From: Macrostomum lignano
Lineage: Eukaryota
Assembly (NCBI GenBank): GCA_002269645.1
Contig: NIVC01003231.1
Location: 1-64,000, forward strand
DNA length: 64,000 bases
Reading direction: 5' to 3'
The notes beneath the pieces are model-generated. The model saw only the letters and a program-made list of their open reading frames with translations. It was not told the origin of the DNA and made no database searches. Positions 11,101-23,100 of this stretch are shown piece after piece. A program made the position numbers and the translations under genes. Position 1 is the stretch's first letter. Each line of letters opens with the position of its first letter.

Positions 11101-14100
11101 ACCCGTGTGATGAACCGCGTGCTCTCCGGTGAAATGGCACCCACCGAGTGGACCATGGCGCACATGATCGCCATTCCAAAGAAGCCGGGCACTACACGGC
11201 TAGACGAGCACCGAGGCATCTGCCTGCAATCCTGTGCTGCGAAGTTGTTCAACCGGATGCTGCCATCGCGGTTGCAACCCGTGCTGGATCCTTACCTGCG
11301 ACCTGAGCAGAACGGGTTTCGGCCCCACCGTGGCACAGTGCCGCAGATCCTGGCTCTTCGCCGAATCATCGAGGAGGCGCGCACGCGCCAGTTGGACCTG
11401 ATTGTTGTTTTCATTGACTTCATGAAGGCATTCGACTCGGTTGCGAGGGCTGAGCTCCCACATGTGCTCCAAGCGTATCATGTACCAGAACAGCTGATCT
11501 CCGCCATAATGGCGTTGTACTGTGCTACGAGAGCAGCTGTGATGACGCCGAGCGGCCTGTCGGACTCCTTCGAGACATCCTCCGGGGTGCTCCAGGGGGA
11601 CACTCTAGCGCCGTTCCTGTTCGTCCTGGTGCTTGACTGGGTGCTATGAACTGCTCTTCCTACCGACGACGACGGCTTTCTGCTGCGGCGACGCGTGGCT
11701 CGACGTCAACCGGAAAAACGGCTCAGCGTGCTTGGCTACGCCGATGACCTCGCCCTGCTGTCCTCGACCGTAGAGGGCGCCCAGCGCCAGCTGGACAAGC
11801 TGGTTAGCGCTGCAGCGAGCGTCGGCCTGGTGGTCAACACGAAGAAGACCGTTGTGGTCTGCGTGCCGGGCGACATCGAGGCCGCAATTTTCTGCCGAGG
11901 CGCTGGCGGGCAGGTAACGGAGCTTCCGCGCTGTCAGCAGTTGTCTACCTCGGCGGTCTGGTACCTGACATCCGCGAAGATCTGCGGCGTCGCCGCGGGC
12001 TCGCTTGGGCTGCCTTTCGCTCTGTGAGGGCGGTCCTGCAGTCCGAGACCCTACCTGACCGCCAGAGGGCGGCGCTGTTCCAGGCAGTGGTCGAGACCGT
12101 CCTGTTGTACAACGCCGAGACCTGGACGCTGACGGATTCGCTCGAACAGCAAGTCAATGCGGCGCACGCTCGCCTGCTGCGCGCCGCCTTTAAGATCAGC
12201 GACGAGCGGATCACTAACGCGGCAGTCTATCGCCGCCCCGGCCTGGCCCGTCCAAGTGAACTGCTGCGACTTCGGCGACTCCAGCTGGCAGGCCACATCA
12301 TCCGCGCCGAGTCCTACTGCCCGCAGCCGGTGCAGGAGGTGCTGCTGCTAACGCTGCAGGCACCCTACCGGCGCGGCCAGGCCCGAACTCGGCGTTTCGT
12401 CGACTGCCTGCTGGCCGACGCTGGCACCCCGGACTCTGCCGGCGGTGCGGCCTTTGTTCGCGCCCAGGCTCTGAAGCGTGCCCTGTGACGCAGCTTTTTT
12501 CCACCTGACAGCGTACTGTGTTTTTGTTGTTGTTGTATAACTAGTTTGATTCCAAACAAAGCTCCAAGAACCAAACACCTTTCCGAATTTTAGAGATGCA
12601 AAAACGCATAGTTGAGGATGTCACATTTAATGCTTGACCACTCACATTCGACATTGCCCGACTGTAGATAGACTCTCTGGCCGCTTGATCAGCTGGCGAC
12701 GTGTACAAGTGACGCCCAATGGCGTAAAATATCCTGGCGTGATGCCGCTTCACAGTGAAGGCTGTTACGTCCGACTGTCTGACCGGCGTCGCTGACCCAG
12801 CCACGTAGGTCAGATCGCGCTGCACACCGCTTGAGTCGCCAGGCTTGTCTGAGCTCACCTTGAGACTGTCCGTTTTGTCGAATTGGCCACCGTCGGAGCA
12901 TGCGGTCAGCTGCTGCTCGCTGCTTTCATCGCTGGCCGCACAGCCGCGGGAGTTGCAGGCCAAGACGCTGAAGCAAGCAACTTGGTTCGCGGAGTCCAGC
13001 GCGGTGCCGAAGCAGGTACGCTGCCGACCAACCCGGTGCTTGGACCAGCGCTGGCCGAATTCGGGCGACGAGCTGGTGACCCGCAGCGTCACGCGGTACT
13101 CTTGCACAGGGTGGGCCCTGGAATTGGCTCTGTCGGGCGGGCTCCAGCACATCTGGACGTCTAAGGCGTCATTATTTCCAGGCTTCTCGTGGCGATACAC
13201 AGTCAGGTTGACTGGACGCTTGGGAACTGCCAATGCGGGTTTTGAGTTGGGAGAAATCATCTCAGGAAGAGTCATGCGAAGCTAGTTGTCAACTGCTTTC
13301 AAAATTAATCGCTTAGGAATATGCGGATCAAGTTTTACATTGGTTGTAAATTTGATCGAGAGTTTTAAAACAAGCCATGCTTCAAGTAACGATCGCTTGG
13401 GCAAAAATTTAGTTTTATAACTGAATCCATGGCTTGTGAAGTACAATAGAGTGTACATGGTACAGTAAAATTATACGGTCCTTGGTTGCCTACGTCAGGA
13501 CAAGAGTGCACAGTTTCCCGGAATCTGGGGTGTCAGGACGCTCCTGCATAACTGGTGCCCGTTTCGGGACGACGGGACACCAACAACCAGCAGCTAGGCG
13601 TCAGGACGCACAGGCTGGCATACAATAGAACACGTGCAGTATGACTGCGTAGCCCAATCTAAGACGGTGTCAGGACACACGAACCCTTAGCTGTATCCCT
13701 TGGCAACCAAACGAAGACAGAGGCCGGAGATGGGACAAGCAAACGAGTACAACTCTTTGTAGGCTTTTTTTCTGACTTTTCAATTTGCCCGGCAGTATGG
13801 GCGTGGGTCTTAGTGGGTCAGTAGAACGGTGACTAAAAGCCAGACTAAGTACGTAGAGGCCCAGACCCAGCGACTACTAAATAATTGTCGCCTACTGGGG
13901 GAAAGGCTGCAAGCCGGAGCCCACCGCCCCATCGCAATCCCTCCGATCGTCCTTACCCCACGCCAGCCAATCGCATCGCGGGAGAGAGAGAGAAACTGAG
14001 CCAAGCTGCCCAGCTCAGCCTGAATCATGCGGCGGGAAGGTGTGCCCATGAACCGCAGAAACGCAGCAACAAGTTTGATTACATATCTAGACCCTCAGCT

Positions 14101-17100
14101 TGCGCTGTGATTTAGCAACCCTCACCTGCGATGGGAGCTAAGATTGTGACATTCAACGGCTGGACACTGCTTGCCCAGGCTGTCAGCGGCGTGATCTCCA
14201 AGCGAACCAAGGCCAGTGGCGGCACGTTCGGCAGGCGGAGCCAGCTTCGGTCGAGGAGGCTCACGGACCGGTTCTTGCCGTCGGTCTCCTGGCTCACCAG
14301 GTACCGAGTTAGGCCAGGCGGCGATGATTCCGGCCACTCGACTAGCAGCTCGCCGTCCGATACCGAATCGAATCGATACGTCAGCAGGGAAGCGTTCACG
14401 GGAGTTGGAATCACCGACAGGTTGCGGCTGGACAGCTCGCTCAGAAAGTCTAGAGTGGCACAATTAGCGAGAGATAGCTGGCTTGACCATATCGATTAAA
14501 CTGACCTCTTGAATTCCACTTAGCGCTTTAAATTGCCACTCACCCGTATCTTCGTCTCTAACAACAGCAAACGGAAGAAGTTCCGACCGCGACACTAGTA
14601 GGAACGAGTCGTTAAAGAATCTTTCAGGTCCACCAAGCGACATAACACTGATTCCTCCTTGATGACTCCAGAGCACCTTGTTACCAAGCACCTGAAGCTG
14701 GGAGTACTGGCTGAATGGTCGCAGCGTGGCTACGAAAGTTGACCCACTAGCTGAGCAGTTCGCGTCACCGAAGGCGGAATGAACGGTGAGCAGGGCGGAG
14801 AACAGCGCCGCCGAATTATCGCTGCTGAAGACCGCGTAGAAAACCCGATGCTGACTCTGCATCTGTCGAACTCCGGAGAAAGCCAGGTACAGTGCCGACC
14901 GTGCGCTAGCCGACTCTTCCACGTAGACGGCACTGATGAAGGCTGAAACTAGTTGTTGCTGCTGAGGCAGTTCAAGAAGGAGGCGCTTTGCACCGCCGCT
15001 GAGGCTTCCAGCCCATAGCTGGCTGGTGGTGCTCCAAAGCAGCAGTGCGCGCGAAGTCAGCAGGGTGAAATGAGTGGCCGCGGTCCTATGAAGCAGCCTC
15101 CTACTGCCGGCTGGCTGAGAGCGGTAGATCTGCGCAGGAAGGAAGGGATCTCAGTCAGCGATATGAAATCAATTTTCATATCAACCAAGCGGTTTGACCT
15201 TACCGAGGCGTCATCGCCGATCCACAGCAGACTGCCGCTCAGCCACTCAAACTCAACGTGCCTGACGCTGACGCTCCAGGCTCGGCGGCTGCGCCACTTG
15301 CAACTGCCGGTGTACTCGACATCAACCCGCATCCAGTCTCCTGCCTCGAAGCCGATCCAGACCCGGTTAGCGCCCATCGCACTCATGTCTGAGGATGACG
15401 AGTGTTCAGTTTATATATTTTCCCCGATCCTCGAAAATCCCGGCACGGACAGCTCAACTCTTAGTATAACAATAATAAATAATAATTGCTTACACCTGTC
15501 CTAATGGGCAGATGTGCAACCGACAGCTCAGCCGCAGCTATTGCGTGATGCATCTGAAGGCTGCGTACCGCTGCTCAGTCCAAGGACTGGGGGTCGCCAC
15601 ACACACCCTCAATTACCCCAGCTAATCCTGGCACCCATTTTACAACTGGGTGAACTGAAGCAATGCAGAGTTAAGTGTCTTGCTCAAGGACACAATTTTT
15701 TTCGAGTGGGGGTCGAGAATCGAGCCCCCGACCTTTCAGTCGCGAGTCCGACGCTCTGACCACAAGGCTACAACCAGCCACGATCCTCACTCGTACTAGA
15801 AGGCTGCTACACCCGCAAGTTGTTCCGAGTTCGTTGGGAGGCCGGTGCTGGCTGCAAAATGCATTAGCGAAATAGAAATTTTACAGGTTTTATCGCTAAA
15901 ATCCAAACATCTGGTCTTCTGGACATCAGAATGGCAAATGTAGCAAACAGCCGAGGTCCGAGGTGCAATCGACTTGTTTTGACTTGCTTGACAAGAAAAT
16001 ATGTTTTTTCCTATCGCTGAAAAGGGTTTCGCCACAGCCGAATTTGATCGATAAAAGTAAAGTCGCCCAGAAGAAGCACACGCACACACTAGGCAACACC
16101 AGAAACTTGCTTTAACTACGGGCATCCTCTAGCGCCGGTGTCCAGTTGAATTTCGGAAATTCGGACGGAATTTGTGAACCTGTGAACCAATCTCGCAAAC
16201 TTAATGCCAAAAATATGTTCATTTCGCTAATGCATTTTATGACAAACACCCGGTCTTTTCTTTTTGAGCTGTACAAGATTCCCATTGAAAATTTTAATTC
16301 CCCAAAACAGATCTCGCGCTTGTGCAATGGAAATCTTACAAGCCGGATAATGTCCGTGCCAGCTGCTCTCCGGACAGACGGCCGCTCGGGGCTCCGCCAT
16401 CGAAGTCTCGTTGAACTCCAGTCGTTGAAGTTGATACTTGAAGCCACCAGCAGTGCTGGTCATTGCAAACAGTCGAAGCGAGCGGCCGGTGCCGTTGGGA
16501 TTTCGCTGCTGTCGGGCGCAGACAACAGGCCGGCTCCACAGGGCTTCGGTGCCGTTCGGTGGCGGCAGAGGTGGCCTGTCGTAGAAGACCGCAGCTGACA
16601 CAGTCGCAGTGGCAGTTGGCGGAGGCAGGTTGACGAACTGACCGATGTCGGGCGAGGATACAGCAGCCGGCGGCAGCACCGGTTGATGGAGTGTAGTTGG
16701 TGAGTCTGAGGTCCAGACAGCTGTACGCCATCGATGGAATGCGGAAGCACCTGGGCAAGATTGTGGTTAATTAATTTCATTTACAGCCAGAGCCACTCCA
16801 TACCATTGGTTATCTCCCTTCCAACAGTCAGAGACACTCCATACCATTGGTTATCTCTCTTCCAACAGCCAGAGACACTCCATACCATTGGTTATCTCGC
16901 TTCCAACAGTCAGAGACACTCCATACCATTGGTTATCTCTCTTCCAACAGTCAGAGCCACTCCATACCATTGGTTATCTCGCTTCCAACAGCCAGAGACA
17001 CTCCATACCATTGGTTATCTCTCTTCCAACAGCCAGAGACACTCCATACCATTGGTTATCTCTCTTCCAACAGCCAGAGACACTCCATACCATTGGATAT

Positions 17101-20100
17101 CTCTCTTCCAACAGCCAGAGACACTCCATACCATTGGTTATCTCTCTTCCAACAGTCAGAGACACTCCATACCATTGGTTATCTCGCTTCCAACAGCCAG
17201 AGACACTCCATACCATTGGTTATCTCGCTTCCAACAGCCAGAGACACTCCATACCATTGGTTATCTCGCTTCCAACAGCCAGAGACACTCCATACCATTG
17301 GTTATCTCTCTTCCAACAGCCAGAGACACTCCATACCATTGGTTATCTCGCTTCCAACAGCCAGAGCCACTCCATACCATTGGTTATCTCGCTTCCAACA
17401 GCCAGAGACACTCCATACCATTGGTTATCTCGCTTCCAACAGCCAGAGACACTCCATACCATTGGTTATCTCGCTTCCAACAGCCAGAGACACTCCATAC
17501 CATTGGTTATCTCGCTTCCAACAGCCAGAGACACTCCATACCATTGGTTATCTCGCTTCCAACAGCCAGAGACACTCCATACCATTGGTTATCTCTCTTC
17601 CAACAGCCAGAGACACTCCATACCATTGGTTATCTCTCTTCCAACAGTCAGAGACACTCCATACCATTGGTTATCTCTCTTCCAACAGTCAGAGACACTC
17701 CATACCATTGGTTATCTCTCTTCCAACAGCCAGAGACACTCCATACCATTGGTTATCTCTCTTCCAACAGTCAGAGACACTCCATACCATTGGTTATCTC
17801 TCTTCCAACAGCCAGAGACACTCCATACCATTGGTTATCTCTCTTCCAACAGTCAGAGACACTCCATACCATTGGTTATCTCGCTTCCAACAGTCAGAGA
17901 CACTCCATACCATTGGTTATCTCGCTTCCAACAGTCAGAGACACTCCATACCATTGGTTATCTCGCTTCCAACAGTCAGAGCCACTCCATACCATTTGTT
18001 ATCTCGCTTCCAACAGTCAGAGCCACTCCATACCATTGGTTATCTCGCTTCCAACAGCCAGAGCCACTCCATACCATTGGTTATCTCGCTTCCAACAGCC
18101 AGAGCCACTCCATACCATTGGTTATCTCGCTTCCAACAGCCAGAGACACTCCATACCATTGGTTATCTCGCTTTCAACAGTCAGAGCCACTCCATACCAT
18201 TGGTTATCTCGCTTCCAACAGTCAGAGCCACTCCATACCATTGGTTATCTCGCTTCCAACAGCCAGAGACACTCCATACCATTGGTTATCTCTCTTCCAA
18301 CAGCCAGAGACACTCCATACCATTGGTTATCTCTCTTCCAACAGCCAGAGACACTCCATACCATTGGTTATCTCTCTTCCAACAGCCAGAGACACTCCAT
18401 ACCATTGGTTATCTCTCTTCCAACAGCCAGAGACACTCCATACCATTGGTTATCTCTCTTCCAACAGTCAGAGCCACTCCATACCATTGGTTATCTCCCT
18501 TCCAACAGTCAGAGACACTCCATACCATTGGTTATCTCTCTTCCAACAGCCAGAGACACTCCATACCATTGGTTATCTCTCTTCCAACAGTCAGAGACAC
18601 TCCATACCATTGGTTATCTCTCTTCCAACAGTCAGAGACACTCCATACCATTGGTTATCTCTCTTCCAACAGTCAGAGCCACTCCATACCATTGGTTATC
18701 TCGCTTCCAACAGCCAGAGACACTCCATACCATTGGTTATCTCGCTTCCAACAGCCAGAGCCACTCCATACCATTGGTTATCTCGCTTCCAACAGTCAGA
18801 GACACTCCATACCATTGGTTATCTCGCTTCCAACAGTCAGAGCCACTCCATACCATTGGTTATCTCGCTTCCAACAGCCAGAGCCACTCCATACCATTGG
18901 TTATCTCGCTTCCAACAGTCAGAGCCACTCCATACCATTGGTTATCTCGCTTCCAATAGTTTATCTTGATATTTTCCCCACCCAAAGCTTCGTGTCTCAT
19001 GCTCATTCCTTGTTCCAAAGTACCCCTGCCGCTCACTCTGCTCTCCCTGAGGTCCGGGCAGTCTGACACGAGCGAACGCGCCGCCAATACCACAGAAAAC
19101 CTCCAGCTCCGGTGCCATCAGCGGTGCCGGCTTCGGCTGGCAGGCCGGCTCGACGCATTCCAGCTCGCGAATGCTGCCGGATCGCTGACGCAGTCGAACT
19201 CGGTCGGCGTCAACCTTGGTTGAATATTTGTTTCAGTCATACTTTTCTTTTCTACTCTATGATAGTTTTATTTGTCACACGTCAGCACTGGTGGGAGGCT
19301 GTAACATCCCAAAGACACCCAGATTTTGCGCTCAGCCACATTAATTTAGGGCTCATGTTTGAGACTTGTCGGACGATTCCCGCCCATGAGGGCCAATCCA
19401 CATGATGCAGAGTGAGTTGCTTGCCCGAAGATTATGAAAGCCAGGGGCCGCCGTACACCAAATGTGAGCGTGCGTCATCGACGGAGTGTGATTTGATATC
19501 GAAAATTTTTTGCTTTCACTTTGAAGCTAAACTACGCTTGATTTTGCTCATACTACTTGAAGTAATCAGTATTTTTAAGCACGGGGCGCAAACTAAAAGC
19601 AGAAAACGTCGCAGCAAATTTCTGACCATCGAGCCGTCCGTCCACACCAGCCGGCCATTCGGAAGTCGAAGCAGCCGAATAATCGGCTGGGATGTCGACG
19701 CTCCATCGACTGTCGACTCCGAAGTGACGCCGCGGCCGCTCAAGTCGCTGCTCAGCACAGAACTTGAGTTGGCCTCCGTGATCAGCAGCAGCCGCTGACT
19801 GGCTGGCAGAACTCGAAACGATGACAGCGGAGCTGATGCTGTCGTTGAGAAAAGAAATTGAGGAAATGTCGGATGTGACTCTGCATTTGGGTGAGTGTCT
19901 CCTGTGTCTAACAGGTGATTAAGGTGAGCGACTCCGTTGTCTAACAGGTAATTAAGGTGAGCGTCTCCCGCGTGTAACATGTGATTAAGATGAGCGTCTC
20001 CCGTGTCTAACAAGTAATTAATGTGAGCGAGTCCCGTGTCTAACAGGTAAGTAAGGTGAGCGAGTCCCGTGTCTAACAGGTAAGTAAGGTGAGCGAGTCC

Positions 20101-23100
20101 CGTGTCTAACAGGTGATTAAGATGAGCGAGTCCCGTGTTTAACAGTTGATTAAGGTGAGCGAGTCCCGTGTCTAACAAGTGATTAAGCTGCGTGTCTCCC
20201 GTGTCAGAATTTTATAAGCCGTACCTTCAGAAGCCGCGGGCACCCGAGTCCAGTTGAGCTGGAGGCCTCCTCGAGGAAGGTCGCTGCGATAAAGATTTCC
20301 GTCTTGCAAAAGAAACAGGTACCTGAAAACCGGCAAGGTGAAGCGAGCGAATGCAACACTGCATCCTGTGAGCACTAAGCTGAGCACACACTGCATCCTG
20401 TGAGCACTAAGCTGAACACACACTGCATCCTGTGAGCACTAAGCTGAGCACATACTGCATCCTGTGAGCACTAAGCTGAGCACAGACTTACCCATTGACG
20501 GGGTCTACCTGCATCTGCACCTGGCCAGCCCTCAGCCGGTCCCGGCTACCGGGCGAGTCGCCAATTTTTTTCGGCTCCTCGGCGGCGACTTTGCTGTACC
20601 AGTCCGACGCTAGCAGGATGTCCTGCGTCGAAGCGGGTTGGGGGTTGGGGATGCGGCTGGCTTGTGAGAATCTGGGATAATGGACATAGTAACTGGGTGT
20701 CCCAGCGGTGTCAGGAAGACATTTCACAATGAGATAGTTAGAAATTAATTTTTTTAGGATCAAAGGTGAAGATACTTAAAATTCTCAGTAAGAGAGGGAT
20801 CGGAATTAAAATTTTTAGGGATTTTAGAGTAATAGTCAGGAAGAAGTCAGGAAGAAAGGTGTCAGTATAAGTGATGTCAGGATGAGAGTTGTCAGGATGA
20901 GAGTTGTCAGGATGAGAGTTGTCAGGATGAGAGTTGTCAGGATGAGAGTTGTCAGGATGAGAGTTGTCAGGATGAGAGTTGTCAGGATGAGAGTTGTCAG
21001 GATGAGAGTTGTCAGGATGAGAGTTGTCAGGATGAGAGTTGTCAGGATGAGAGTTGTCAGGATGAGAGTTGTCAGGATGAGAGTTGTCAGGATGATAGAG
21101 TTCTGACATCAGCTAGAAAGTTCTGACAATCATGGAGAGTATGGTAGAGCTCTGACTCACCCCAGGCTTCGTCAGGATGTAAACGTGTTGAGCCACCCAG
21201 TCCACGGCCAGTTTCAGCACCTTTTGTCGAACTCGAGGCAGCTCAATGGAGTCATCTGACTCAGATCTAGCGGTGGTCAGGTTGAGCCGGGTCAGGCTGC
21301 CCAGGTGGTCAACGGAGAACAGCAGCTGCTGCCGAGCGTCCACTGCGAATGCTGCGGTTTTGAATTGCTTTGGACAGTGATTTATGACTGATTGATCCTG
21401 GTTTATGACTGATTGATCCTGGTTTATGACTGATTGATCCTGGTTTATGACTGATGGATCCTGGTTTATGACTGATTGATCCTGGTTTATGACTGATTGA
21501 TCCTGGTTTATGACTGATTGATCCTGGTTTATGACTGATTGATCCTGGTTTATGACTGATTGATCCTGGTTTATGACTGACAGATTGATTTGTGATTCAG
21601 AAGTTATGGTTTTTGATGTGATTGATTACTTAAAGCAGTATTTTTAGTCAAAGCACAAAAGGAAACGAGAACTAAGAAGTTAAGCAGAGTTGATTTCGGT
21701 TAGTACGCAGCTGAATAGACCGCTTGCGTCATCCTTTTGAGGCCACAGCAAGCTTTATCGAGCGGTTAATGACGTCAGCAAATGAAACGTCAGGCCAGCA
21801 GTCGAGCATTCTCAGTTAAAAAAAATTTACCTCTTGGGCGGCGCCTACCGCGAAAGATGAGGACCAGCTCTGGGTGACGGAGTTTTTCATTTTACCCACT
21901 GTTCGAAACTTGCTGAGGAAAGGTAGCTATCTTTGGTTGGATTTGGGGATATGGGGAGTTGAGGATTTGGACATTTGAAGATTTGGGGATTTGGGGATTT
22001 GGGTATTTGATGATTTGGGCATTTGAGGATTTAGGGATTTTAAGATTTAAGGATTTTGGGATTTGGAGGTTCGAGGATTTAGGCATTTCAGGATTTCAGG
22101 ATTTGAGGATTTGAGGATTTTGGGATTTGAGGATTTCGGGATTTGAGGATTTGGGGATTTGTGGATTTGGAGCTTTGGGGATTTGGGGATTTGAGGATTT
22201 GAGCATTTGAGGATTTGGGGATTTCAGGATCTGAGGATTTAGGGATTTGTTATGAGAATTTGAGGATTTGGGGATTTCAGGATCTGAGGATTTAGGGATT
22301 TGTTATGAGAATTTGAGGATTTGGGGATTTCAGGATCTGAGGATTTAGGGATTTGTTATGAGAATTTGAGGATTTGGGCATTTCAGGATTTTGGGATTTG
22401 AGAATTTGAGGATTTGAGGATTTGAGGATTTGGGGATTTGTGGATTTCAGGATCTCAAGATCTGGGTACTTTTCTAGTTACTCATTCGACTCACCAAGAA
22501 TGCCCTCCTGTTCGTTGCCGCTGACAACGGTAGTGTACCTGGGCGGCCCGGGCACTGCCACCAGCTTGAGCGCTCCGCCAACCTGCAGCAGCAGCCGGGC
22601 CGTGGTCGGCGCCGTGGCCCGCTGAACAACGTCAACACGAGCTGCCGGGCCGGCCCCGTGTTGATTGACGGCAGCCAAGCTGATTGACAGGCGACAGGCG
22701 TCGGTGCTCGAGCCGGCGGCGTGGCAAGCCGGCGCCTCCACCAGGGCCGGAGCTTGACGAACGAACTCGGAGTGAGTGAGGCCTGGTGACTCTCCCGTCG
22801 ACTCGCCGCGCTGCTGCTGCATCGTCAGCGTGAAACCCGTCAGGCGGGAGTTCGGGATGCTCGGCGGTTTCCAGGACACCCGGAGCGTTTGACCGGATTC
22901 CGCTGCCCACGAGGCTGTCAGGGACCGCGGCGCGGTCGACGGCGGCGCTGCACATTGCGAAGGTCGGGTTGGTGGCGTTCGACTAGCACCAGGGGCTTTA
23001 GCACCAGAGGCTTTAGCACCAGAGGCTTTAGCACCAGAGGCTTTGGCACCAGGGGCTTTAGCACCAGAGGCTTTAGCACCAGAGGCTTTAGCACCAGGGG

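Noticed and set aside
13494-13676. CRISPR-like repeat-spacer reading of the GTCAGGAC cluster
   Set aside because: The repeat is only 8 bp, spacing is irregular, the context is a eukaryotic intron, and there are no cas genes.
12490-15500. RTE-like LINE as the partner of the CORE SINE
   Set aside because: Their 3' ends show no visible similarity beyond simple-repeat tails, and the tails differ (TTG versus TTA).
16734-19066. Three overlapping ORFs of about 700 aa
   Set aside because: They are translations of the stop-free 41-bp array inside a ROS1 intron; perfect periodicity in all three frames.
19385-19440. Possible second, degraded CORE-SINE fragment (ATGCAGAGTGAGTTGCTTGCCCGAAG)
   Set aside because: Only about 25 nt of loose similarity, with no clear A/B boxes or tail.
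19890-20205. CAGGTAAGT donor consensus in the 33-bp unit
   Set aside because: It is on the strand antisense to ROS1, so it cannot act in the host transcript; it is also a counter-example to generalising the donor-seeding idea.
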